In this document: one piece after another, positions 34,897 to 45,900 of the stretch
How the letters are laid out: the number at the start of each line of letters is the position of its first letter
Position numbering within the stretch: position 1 is the first letter of the stretch
Source of the DNA: Eledone cirrhosa
Lineage: Eukaryota
Assembly (NCBI GenBank): GCA_964016885.1
Contig: CAXHJY010000264.1
Location: 248,001 to 312,000 of the forward strand
Length of the DNA: 64,000 nucleotides
Direction of reading: 5' to 3'
Notes under the pieces: model-generated
Seen by the model: the letters and a program-made list of their open reading frames with translations, nothing else
Told to the model about the DNA's origin: nothing
Database searches by the model: none
Made by a program: the position numbers and the translations under genes

Positions 34897-37105
34897 AAGC
34901 ATGTTTTGGAACGTGAGGACCAGAAACAGGAGGTGTTCAAGATTGCGAGGCAGTGTGTCAGAGAGAATTGTAATGTCATTGGAGAGAAGTGTATCCGGAA
35001 TGATAAAGGTGAGCTTGCCCTCACAAGTGCTGAGAAGAGCCATTATGATAGATTACTAAATGAGGAGAATGCATGGGAAAAAGAGACCCTACCCCAAGTA
35101 GACCCTATAGAGGGCCCAGCAGTACAAGTCAGCAGTAGCGTAGTAAGTAAGGCAATCAAAGATATGATGACGCGGAAGGCAACTGGTCCATCAGGTATAG
35201 CTGCCGAGATGCTGAATGCATCTGGGTCTGTGGGTCACACTATAACCACACGTATTGTTAACCAGGTAATACTAGAAGGTGTCATACCAAAAGATTGGTG
35301 CAGCAACATCATTGTCAACTGCTACAAGGTTAAAGGTGATGCACTAGATAGAGGAAACTATAGAGGTATAAAGCTGATGGACCAGGTCATGAAAGTAACA
35401 GAAAGAGTTATAGCACAGTTGATTAGGGACCGGGTGAAACTAGATGAGATGCAATTTGGGTTTGTACCAGGAAGATGCACCACTGATGCCCTCTTCCTTG
35501 TGAGGCAGTTACAGGAAAAGTACCTAGCTAAAAGTAAGCCACTCTACTTGGCATTTGTCGACCTTGAGAAAGCCTTTGACAGAGTTCCACGTGCAGTAAT
35601 CTGGTGGGCTCTTAGAAAACTAGGAGTAGATGAATGGCTTGTGAAAGCTGTACAAGCCATGTATAGGGGAGCAGTCAGCAAAGTTAGGATTAGCAATGAG
35701 TATAGCGAGGAATTTAGCGTACAGGTTGGGGTCCACCATGGCTCTGTTCTTAGCCCTCTCCTGTTCATCATAGTCCTGCAGGCAATAACGGAGGAGTTTA
35801 AGACCGGATGCCCATGGGAACTCCTGTATGCTGATGACCTCGCACTTATAGCTGAATCTATGGTAGAACTAGAGAAGAAATTCCAAACTTGGAAGCAGGG
35901 ACTAGAAAGAAAGGGTCCCAAAGTCAACCTAACAAAGACTAAGGTCCTTGTAAGTAGACGAGAAAACAGAACCCAGATCCCCTCAGAGAAATGGCCTTGC
36001 TCAGTATCCAGGAAAGGTGTGGGTAGGAACTCCATTCTCTGCCCCAAATGCAAACAATGGGTACACAAGAGATGTAGCGGGATCTCAGGAAGTTTAACTA
36101 AGAATGTAGGCTTCACATGTAGCAGCTGTGCTGGGACAGCAAGCAACAAACAGCCACAGGAAACAAGTACCACCAATCTCTGGGAGGGCTCTGTAGAAAC
36201 AGTAGACAGCTTCTGTTACCTAGGTGACCGAATTATCAGCGGAGGTGGGGGTTCGGGAAGTACAATAACTAGGGTAAGAACAGGATGGAAGAAGTTCAGA
36301 GAGCTACTGCTACTGCTAGCTGCAAAAGGCTTTTCCCTCAAAATGAAAGGCAGACTGTATGATGCGTGTATACGAACAGCAATGTTACATGGTAGTGAGA
36401 CCTGGGTGCTGTGTGTGGAAGACTTGCATAGATTAGAAAGAAACGAAGCCTGCATGCTCCGATGGATGTGTAATAGTAATATACGTGAACGGCAAAGCAT
36501 AAACGAATTGAGAGAGAGACTGAGCATAAGAGGAATCAAATGCTGTGTGCAGGAGAGGCGGTTGCATTGGTATGGACATGTGATGCGTATGAAGGATGAG
36601 AGCTGCATAAAAAGGTGCAGAGCACTAGAAGTCATTGGAAGATGCGGAGTGGGGAGACCCAAGAAGACCTGGGATGAGGTGATAAAAGCCGACCATACCC
36701 AATTACACCTCTCAAGGGCGATGACACTGGACCGTGACCTCTGGAATCACGCAGTAATACAGAAGACCCGAACACCCATGGGTACATGCTGAAGCTGAAG
36801 CATATAGATAATATGCCCCCACACCCCCCACCGCAAGGTCGTGGAGGTGCCACGGCAAAAAAGCACCCAGCCCACACTGTAAAATGGACGTGTAGGCGCC
36901 ATGAAAAAAAGCACCCAGCACTCACTGTAAATGAGGTTGGTGTTAGGAAGGGCATCCAGCTGTAGAAATCAAGCCAGAATCAGTTCCTGTATGAGCAAGA
37001 CAAGGTCAGCCGACCGGACACTGCCCATGACAGGACTACTAGTCTAACCCATGCTAGCGTGGAAGAACGGACGTAAAATGATGATGATGATGATGATGAT
37101 GATGA
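34897..37105 (+). mobile_element. 5'-truncated RTE-clade LINE with 3' UTR and (GAT)n tail
   Basis: Contains the RT ORF, an approximately 300-bp 3' UTR with a duplicated 48-50 bp unit, and the terminus ggacgtaaaat(gat)n. Flanked by (TA)n. Confidence 0.95.
34906..36792 (+). CDS. RTE ORF remnant: RT domain plus PHD-like Cys/His finger, with the APE endonuclease missing
   Basis: Motifs KATGPSGI, NYRGIKL, QFGF, FVDLEKAFDRV, HGSVLSPLLF, YADD, FCYLG, HGSETW, WYGHV and GRPKKTW. The frame is open for 628 codons. The start is a truncation point rather than a true initiator. Confidence 0.9.
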   Translation: MEREDQKQEVFKIARQCVRENCNVIGEKCIRNDKGELALTSAEKSHYDRLLNEENAWEKETLPQVDPIEGPAVQVSSSVVSKAIKDMMTRKATGPSGIAAEMLNASGSVGHTITTRIVNQVILEGVIPKDWCSNIIVNCYKVKGDALDRGNYRGIKLMDQVMKVTERVIAQLIRDRVKLDEMQFGFVPGRCTTDALFLVRQLQEKYLAKSKPLYLAFVDLEKAFDRVPRAVIWWALRKLGVDEWLVKAVQAMYRGAVSKVRISNEYSEEFSVQVGVHHGSVLSPLLFIIVLQAITEEFKTGCPWELLYADDLALIAESMVELEKKFQTWKQGLERKGPKVNLTKTKVLVSRRENRTQIPSEKWPCSVSRKGVGRNSILCPKCKQWVHKRCSGISGSLTKNVGFTCSSCAGTASNKQPQETSTTNLWEGSVETVDSFCYLGDRIISGGGGSGSTITRVRTGWKKFRELLLLLAAKGFSLKMKGRLYDACIRTAMLHGSETWVLCVEDLHRLERNEACMLRWMCNSNIRERQSINELRERLSIRGIKCCVQERRLHWYGHVMRMKDESCIKRCRALEVIGRCGVGRPKKTWDEVIKADHTQLHLSRAMTLDRDLWNHAVIQKTRTPMGTC

Positions 37106-37711
37106 TATATATATATAAACATAAAGAATTCTATTGGTCTTTCTATTGCTAATACTATCTGGTGGTTACAACTGTGACAAAAAGAAGCAGGATTTGAACT
37201 CAGAATACACAGAGCTGGATGAGGTACTACTAAGTAACTAGTCCAACGCTTTAACAATTCTGTCAATAGACAAAAAAGAAATGTCTCAAGCCTGGAGAAT
37301 CATCAGTTTCCCGGTCTCTGTGGCAACTGAGAGTACAAGACTCCTCGCTGGGCAGGATGGCAAATCTATTGGAAGGTTATTAAGGTGTTTATATTTGTCT
37401 AGAAAAAAAAAAAAAAAAAAAAAAGCCTTCAATTATAAGAACCAGTCAAGTTATGTTCCACACACCATTTTAATAATAAGGTTAGTTTTACTACTAAATC
37501 CCTCTCAAAATCTAGGTTATTTTCAAAATGATTTGAAAATCATATTCAGTGTCTTTCATAAGAAATATGGAAACAAAAGGGTTAAAAAGTAAAATGTAAG
37601 TTTCTTATCGTCTGCAAAATAAGCAAATGACTATTATGTATAGAGAAGCAACAACACTGACATATATACCTAATATATAGTAACTGGTGCATATAGAGTA
37701 GCAACACTGAC

Positions 37712-37865
37712 ATCATCACCATCACCGTTTAACGTCCATGTTTGTATGGGTAAGACCAGAATTACCCAAGCTCTACCTTTCTCAGACAGGACTGTTTTTT
37801 GGCTGTTTATTTTTACAGCTGGATGCCCTCCCTAACACCAACCATATTTATAGTGTGCAACTGGA
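37712..37865 (-). mobile_element. RTE 3' UTR relic
   Basis: catcatcaccatcaccgtttaacgtcc...ttttacagctggatgccctccctaacaccaacc is the reverse complement of the RTE tail. Confidence 0.65.
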
Positions 37866-37924
37866 TGGCACTGTATTGAGGAGGGTCAAGCCAGTTGGCC
37901 GCAGTGTACAGTAACTGGTGTGTA

Positions 37925-38165
37925 TAGAGAATGAAATAGATTCATCAGTGTTAAACAATTGTGACCTTCTGCTGGACAAGATACTAGTCCATTGCAGGTT
38001 TAACTCCACCTTGCTGTTGCAGTTACTAATTTACAGCTGAGTGGAGTGGGGCAACAAGAAATGAAATGTTTTGCTCAAGAACACAGCGTGTTATGAGGTC
38101 AACAGCTTAAACTCGCCACATAATAATGGTGAGTTCTAAACCCTAACCACTAGGATGTGCATCTT
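37925..38165 (-). mobile_element. Decayed CORE-type SINE
   Basis: tacagctgagtggagtggggcaac...atgaaatgttttgctcaagaacac...ccctaaccactag, as in 21625-21893. Confidence 0.6.
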
Positions 38166-39645
38166 TACCTAACACATAGGACTAATGGTTAAATAAAAAA
38201 TTGTAAAAAAAAATTAGAAGTAGTCATACCCAGTTTATTTTGTGATTGGCATTATGAAGGTAACCAGCATTAGGGACAATACTAAACTGGAACAAGAGCA
38301 AAACAGAGTCATCTGACCCTTTCAAATCTCAGAATGTGACAACCAATCAACCGATGCCAGCATGGGAAATAGACATAAAATAATGATGTGGAGCTGAATA
38401 AAACCGGTGGAATGTCTGTCTCAATTGAGAAAATGAAGGCACTCTTTCAAAAGAGCCCCTCTTAAATAAAAAATGGAAGAACCACCATTGAAGTAATGCA
38501 AGAGTTTTTATTAGTATACCAAAGTACTTCTAATCCAACTGCTCTTAAACAGAAATCATCTGCAGAACTTATTCTTGGAAGAAAAATTAGGACAATTATG
38601 GAGGCTATTCTGTCATTTTAATCTTTAGCACACTAGTAATTTATTTGAATTTTTCTCCCCGACACTGCATTATTTTGGGGGTAGCAAAAAATGTAAACAC
38701 CCTCTGTTTTTAAATTATTATAACTTTCTTTGCATGTTGTGTACAGACTATTTCTCTGCTAACAGAGGTATACATGAGCAATATTTTGATGTAATGCATT
38801 ATGTTCTGCATTGAAAACAAATAAAAAAAAAACACAAAATACAAAAAAAAAAAAATCACAAGGATGAGCGTACCCACTCGGTACATTGCTTTCCAGAACA
38901 TAGCTGCTATCACTGCCACCGCCATCATATTCTACAACTTCACCATCAATATTGGCTTGCATCAATCCTAAAAAATTCATCAACCAAATCAGAATCCATA
39001 AAGATTTCTTGCACACAATTTACTTTCACCTTAGTCGCCATTTTCAAATATCCAAACAAACTTCTCCTTCATCTACAACTGTTTACACACAGACATGTTG
39101 AATGAAGGAAAATTAAAATGACGTTGGAAAACAAAAGTTTAGCCTCATTCTGAACTGAAAGTATGCTGTTACCAGTTTAAAATACTAGAAATAACCTTTG
39201 ACACAGTATTTTTTGATAAAGGGTTTCCAAGGAGACAAAATATGCCTGCAGCTACAGAAGATTACTCCATGGTGCCTGAATAGTTAAAAAGTGATATGAA
39301 GCTATGGGCCAAAACACTCGCTTGAGCAAGGATTCTTCTCTGAAACTCTGCTGTTTCATATGAGATTCAAGAGATAATCAAATCTGGATAAGACATATTA
39401 ACTAAGAGAAAGAGAGGAAAAATAATTCCAAACAATGGAGAGCTTATGACAAGGAACTACTATTCTAATTTAAAGAGCTTATAAAGCAGCAAAATAGATA
39501 CATTATCTTTTCCAGCTTCCAATAGTAACTAATTCTATCAACAGTATACTAGCAGAACCTTTCAGCCAGTCACCCACACTGCATGGTTCACACATTATTA
39601 TCCAATCAATGGAAAGTTATCTGATCATTTATCAAAGTGTTCATA

Positions 39646-40892
39646 GGAGGTGGGCTGAAAAGTTCATAGGCTGACTATAAAGCAGTGATGCTAGAGCTGT
39701 GAAATCTTGCATTCATTAATTTCAACTCTCCCTATTAATAACTGAATTGTTTCTTTCCAGGTAAACTGACATCTAACTATTCAAAGAAGACTTCAAAAGT
39801 AACTAGTAGTGACTTCTCTTGAAAATGGACAAAATTTGGTATTGTGGTGTTATCAAGTACCTGCAGAAAATGGGTTTACCCCCCCAAGGACATTCATGTT
39901 GACATGGTTGCTACATTAGGAGATATCACTTCAGCTTTATCAACAGTGCAAAAGAGAGCAGCTGAATTGAGGAGAGGAAAGGAGGGTCTTGAAGATAACG
40001 CAAGTACTGGATGTCTTGTAACTGCCACCACCAAGGAAAACATTATGTCCACCACATGGTGAGATGGATGACAGGCAATTGACTATAAATCAAATAGCTA
40101 ATGCTGTTAGCATACCACATGAGAGAGTTGAGAATATACTGTACAATAAACTTGGCATGACATAGGTTTCTGCTTGGTGGGTGCCACATCTTCTGACACC
40201 TGATCAAAAGCACACCAGGTTGATCACATCATGGGAAAATATGACATTGAGGTAAATCTAGCTAGTTTCCTCAAATACTTCCTAACCCAGGATGAGTGTT
40301 TATCACTTTGAACCAGAGACAAAGAGACAATCAATCCAGTGGAAACACCCTTCCTTATCTGCTTGAAAGAAGGCCAAGGTTGTTTTATCTGCAAGAAAGG
40401 TGATGACCTCAGTTTTTGTGGATGCAAAAGGCATTGTGTTTATCTTCAAAAGTGCCACACCATCAATGGAGAGTACTATACCAACTTGCTAAGGAAGGTA
40501 TAAAAGACCAAATACCCAGGAAAACTGACGAAAAGAGTCTTGTTTCATCAGGACAATACTCTCGTTTCAATGGCTGTTATGCATGAATGTGACTTTAAAC
40601 TGGTTGATCACCCTCCCTATTCTCCTGATTTGGCCCCATCTGATTATCATCTGTTGCCCAACATGAAAAAACATTCAGCTGGGAACCTGTATTGCAGTGA
40701 TGGTGAAGGCATATCTGCTGTTGATGACTTTGTTGACCAACAGGATGAAAGCTTCTTCATCAATAGGATCCAAGTACTACAACATAGATGGAAGAAGTGT
40801 ATGAGCCGCAAGTGGGACTATTTAAAAAAATAAACCCCATTTAGTCAGTGAGAGTATCTTGGTCAGCCTATGACCTTTTCAGCCAGTCTTCG
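39646..40892 (+). mobile_element. Full-length but decayed mariner DNA transposon (about 1.25 kb)
   Basis: TIRs ggaggtgggctgaaaagttcataggctgac and gtcagcctatgaccttttcagccagtcttcg, each flanked by TA. Transposase motifs WVPHLL, TQDE, FHQDN and HPPYSPDLAPSDY are present with multiple frameshifts. Confidence 0.95.
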
Positions 40893-41084
40893 TATAAAAT
40901 GATTGATTTTCCTCTTATGTGTTATAACTCTTCCCTAGTCTCATCTTAGTGTTTATTTAAAAAAATAAGTATTTTTCCAGTGACCAAGAGTTCTCATTTA
41001 TTGTCTAATGGAATTATTTCTCCTAGTACCAACTACAGCTAAGATATCAAGTGGATTTATTTGTTGTTCTTCTTTGTTCACTTA

Positions 41085-41500
41085 TTCCTGAGAGGGTCGT
41101 GGGGGCTAAGTCCTCAAACACTTCTTCCAGCAGGTGCTGTCAGAAGCAACCCACCCCAACTGATGCAGCTGGATCTCCAAGCATGACCAGCCAACCTAAT
41201 GGATGTTATCCAACCATCTTCCTCAGAGTCTACCCCTGGGTCTCTTGTTGGTTTGTTTTGCTGGTAAAATTCTTTCCTAAGACCTTCTAACCACATGTCC
41301 TCCATATTATCAGAGCTGTGATCTCTCAGAGAAATAGCAGGTCTACCTGGAGTGACTCTCTCATCTCCAAGCTACACACTCTATTGAGTAATTCTATTCC
41401 AAAGAAGCATCCCATTTTGGCTGCTTATATTCTCGATCATATTTTTTCAGTCATTATCCAAGATTCATGACCATAGGTAAAGACTGGCATGAACACTGAA
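41085..41500 (-). mobile_element. Decayed RTE-like fragment, same family as 24695-24920
   Basis: Matching translations MWLEGLRKE...DPGVDSEEDGWITS and MWLECLRKE...DPGVDPEQDGWITS. Confidence 0.65.
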
Positions 41501-42384
41501 TTATTTAGCCAATTCTAGATATCTAGTATCCATGAACTTGCAAAAATGATGATTTCTTTATTTTATTTTATTTTATTTATTTCGATTCATCTACTGCTAC
41601 TATAATTATTGTAATGCAATTAGTCATTGACTAACGTAAAAGCAATAATCTTATTTAATTACTTCCTATTTGAAAATCAATCTGTTATTAATTAATATAT
41701 AATTTAAATATAAATGAGCAACAGTGTGTGAGATTAACAAAAAATAAAATAAAATAAAGAAATCTCATTAGAAGGGGGGAGATGAATCATTAAAAACAAT
41801 TTTCCTGATTTATAATAGTTTAAAATAGTTACTGAAGGAAGTTGTATGAGTTAATGGTTCCTGGACTCATTATTGTAATGTCATTGGTTCAATCCCGCAA
41901 CCAGACTGCTCATTGAAAATGAGTACTAGCAGCCACTGGGAATTAATCTTGCAATGGACTGATGTCCAGTCCATGGAAAGTGGTAGGTATCCTCAAATTG
42001 GAGATCTGACCTGAATGCAACCAAGGCAATCAAGGACCAAGTCATAATCATCATCATTGTTTTATGTTTGTTTTTCCATGCTTACATGGGTTGGTGATGG
42101 ATTAAGTGAACAACCAATGGGATTTGAACAGAGAAGACAAAGAGTTGGACTAAATACTGCCAGGAATTGCATCCAATACTCCAATAATTCAGCCAATCTA
42201 CTACCTTGGTATGTTATTTTATTGAACACCCAAACCCATCCGAAAGAATGAAAGGCAATGTCTTATACTCCCAGTTAATTAATGCTACATCAAATCAAAA
42301 TGAATTAATTGTCCAACCAGATGAGTTACAGCTTGTTCATACAACTCCTGCTAACATGGATAAATAGATGGAAAAATTATGGAA

Positions 42385-42800
42385 ATCATCATCTTCATTG
42401 TTTAACATCCATTTTCCACAAAAGCAAAAATTAGATGTGTTGTCATGTTATGAGACAAGTCAGGTCCAGAGACCATGTCCAACTCATAGGAATCTGTATT
42501 TTTAGCTTAGTTTCCACGGCTCAATGCCTTTCTTAACACCAACCACATTATAGTGTGGTCGGGGTGCTTTTATAGTGGCACTGAAATGACCAACTTACAG
42601 GGTGAACTGAGTGCTTTTTTTTGCCACCAGCACAACCACCTTACAGTGTGAACTGGGTACTTTTTTATTGTGTCACCAAAATGACTTTACAAGATGAACT
42701 GGGTAGTTTTTGTTGTGTCACCAATATGACCATTTTCCAGGGTGGACTAAGTGTTTTTATTGTTGTGGAACCAGATCAGCATACAGGGTGGACTTTATGA
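42385..42800 (-). mobile_element. RTE 3' UTR relic with about 5 diverged copies of the 45-50 bp UTR unit
   Basis: atcatcatc...tttaacatccattttcca tail and atgcctttcttaacaccaacc, followed by repeated ttacag(g/t)gtgaactg(a/g)gt(g/a)ctttt...gt(g/c)cacc. Confidence 0.7.
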
Positions 42801-42926
42801 GTTACTGACTAATGCTAATGATTTCTAAGTTGGAAACAAGGTCACCACATATTTTTATGAGTGTAGCTGATTGAATTGATTCCAGGATGTATGTAAAGTC
42901 ATTATTGGAAGAATATCGTTAGGTTA

Positions 42927-45900
42927 TGCCACTGCAACTGGTACAGCCAGTCATTAGGGTGCCACTGGTACAGCAGCCAGTCATTGGGGTGTCACTCTAC
43001 ATGTGCCACTGATACAGCCAGTCATTAGGTTGTCACACTAGATGTGCCACAAGTGCAGCTAGTCATTGGAGTGCAACTGGTACAGCCAGTCATTAGGGTA
43101 CCACTGGTACAGCCAGTCATTGGGGTGCCACTCTAGATGTGACACTGGTACAGCCAATCATTGGGGTGCCACTCTAGATGTGCCACTGGAACAGCCAGTC
43201 ATTAGGGTGCCACTGGTACAGCCAGTCATTAGGTTGCCACTCTAGATGTGCCACTGGAACAGCCAGTCATTAGGGTGCCACTGGTACAGCCAGTCAATGG
43301 GGCGACACTCTAGATGTGCCACTGGTACAGCCAGTCAATGGGGCGACACTCTAGATGTGCCACTGGTACAGCCAGTCATTAGGGTGCCACTCTAGATGTG
43401 CCACTGGTACAGCCAGTTATTGGGGTGTCACTCTAGATGTGCCACTGGTACAGCCAGTCATTGGGATGTCACTCTAGATGTGCCACTGGTACAGCCAGTC
43501 ATTGGGGTGCCACTCTAGATGTGCCACTGGTACAGCCAGTCATTAGGGTGCCACTCTAGATGTGCCACTGGTACAGCCAGTTATTGGGGTGCCACTCTAG
43601 ATGTGACATTGCTACAGCCATCCATTGGGGTGCCACTCTAGATGTGCCACTGGTACAGCCAGTCATTGGGATGTCACTCTAGATGTGCCACTGGTACAGC
43701 CAGTCATTGGGGTGCAACTCTAGATGTGCCACTGGTACAGCCAGTCATTAGGGTGCCACTGGTACAGCCAGTCATTGGGGTGCCACTCTAGATGTGACAC
43801 TGGTACAGCCAATCATTGGGGTGCCACTCTAGATGTGCCACTGGAACAGCCAGTCATTAGGGTGCCACTGGTACAGCCAGTCAATGGGGCGACACTCTAG
43901 ATGTGCCACTGGTACAGCCAGTCAATGGGGCGACACTCTAGATGTGCCACTGGTACAGCCAGTCATTAGGGTGCCACTCTAGATGTGCCACTGGTACAGC
44001 CAGTTATTGGGGTGCCACTGGTACAGCCAGTCATTGGGGTGCCACTCTAGATGTGCCACTGGTACAGCCAGTCATTGGGGTGTCACTCTAGATGTGCCAC
44101 TGGTACAGCCAGTCAATGGGGCGACACTCTAGATGTGCCACTGGTACAGCCAGTCAATGGGGCGACACTCTAGATGTGCCACTGGTACAGCCAGTTATTG
44201 GGGTGCCACTCTAGATGTGCCACTGGTACAGCCAGTTATTGGGGTTCCACTCTAGATGTGCCACTGGTACAGCCAGTTATTGGGGTGCCACTCTAGATGT
44301 GCCACTGGTACAGCCAGTCGTTGGGATGTCACTCTAGATGTGCCACTGGTACAGCCAGTCATTGGGGTGCCACTCTAGATGTGCCACTGGTACAGCCAGT
44401 CATTAGGGTGCCACTCTAGATGTGCCACTGGTACAGCCAGTTATTGGGGTGTCACTCTAGATGTGCCACTGGTACAGCCAGTCATTGGGATGTCACTCTA
44501 GATGTGCCACTGGTACAGCCAGTCATTGGGATGTCACTCTAGATGTGCCACTGGTACAGCCAGTCATTGGGGTGCCACTCTAGATGTGCCACTGGTACAG
44601 CCAGTTATTGGGGTGCCACTCTAGATGTGACATTGCTACAGCCATCCATTGGGGTGCCACTCTAGATGTGCCACTGGTACAGCCAGTCATTGGGATGTCA
44701 CTCTAGATGTGCCACTGGTACAGCCAGTCATTGGGGTGCAACTCTAGATGTGCCACTGGTACAGCCAGTCATTAGGGTGCCACTCTAGATGTGCCACTGG
44801 TACAGCCAGTCGTTGGGGTGCCACTCTAGATGTGCCACTGGTACAGCCAGTTATTGGGGTGCCACTCTAGATGTGCCACTGGTACAGCCAGTCATTGGGG
44901 TGCAACTCTAGATGTGCCACTGGTACAGCCAGTTATTGGGGTGCCACTGGTACAGCCAGTCATTGGGGTGCCACTCTAGATGTGCCACTGGTACAGCCAG
45001 TCATTGGGGTGCCACTCTAGATGTGACATTGCTACAGCCATCCATTGGGGTGCCACTCTAGATGTGCCACTGGTACAACCAGTCATTGAGGTGCCACTCT
45101 AGATGTGCCACTAGTACAGCCAGTCATTGGGGTGCCACTCTAGATGTGCCACTGGAACAGCCAGTCATTGGGGTTCCACTCTAGATGTGCCACTGGTACA
45201 GCCAGTCATTGGGGTTCCACTCTAGATGTGCCACTAGTACAGCCAGTCATTGGGGTGTCACTCTAGATGTGCCACTGGTACAGCCAGTCAATGGGGTGTC
45301 ACTCTAGATGTGCCACTGGTACAGCCAGTCATTAGGGTGTCACTCTAGATGTGCCACTGGTACAGCCAGTCGTTGGGGTGCCACTCTAGATGTGCCACTG
45401 GTACAGCCAGTCATTGGGATGTCACTCTAGATGTGCCACTGGTACAGCCAGTCATTGTGGTGCAACTCTAGATGTGTCATTGCTACAGCCATCCATTGGG
45501 GTGCCACTCTAGATGTGTCACTGGTACAGCCAGTTATTGGGGTGCCACTCTAGATGTGCCACTGGTACAGTCAGTCGCTACGGTGCCACTCTAGATGTGC
45601 CACTGGTACAGCCAGTCGTTGGGGTGCCACTCTAGATGTGCCACTGGTACAGCCAGTTATTGGGATGTCACTCTAGATGTGCCACTGGTACAGCCAGCCA
45701 TTGGGGTGCCACTCTAGATGTGCCACTGGTACAGCCAGTCATTGGGTCCCACTCTAGATGTGCCACTGGTACAGCCAGTCATTGGGGTTCCACTCTAGAT
45801 GTGCTACTGGTACAGCTAGTCATTGGGGTGTCACTCTAGATGTGCCACTGGTACAGTCAGTCATTGGGGTCCCACTCTAGAAGTGCCACTGGTACAGCTA

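Noticed and set aside
38640-39060. Possible DNA-transposon relic or exon (ORF 38759-39016)
   Set aside because: No catalytic motif or TIR pair could be verified.
43500-43562. Resemblance of GTGCCACTCTAGATG to a CTCF motif
   Set aside because: It needs an indel and lacks the terminal TGG, so the match is too weak without a PWM scan.
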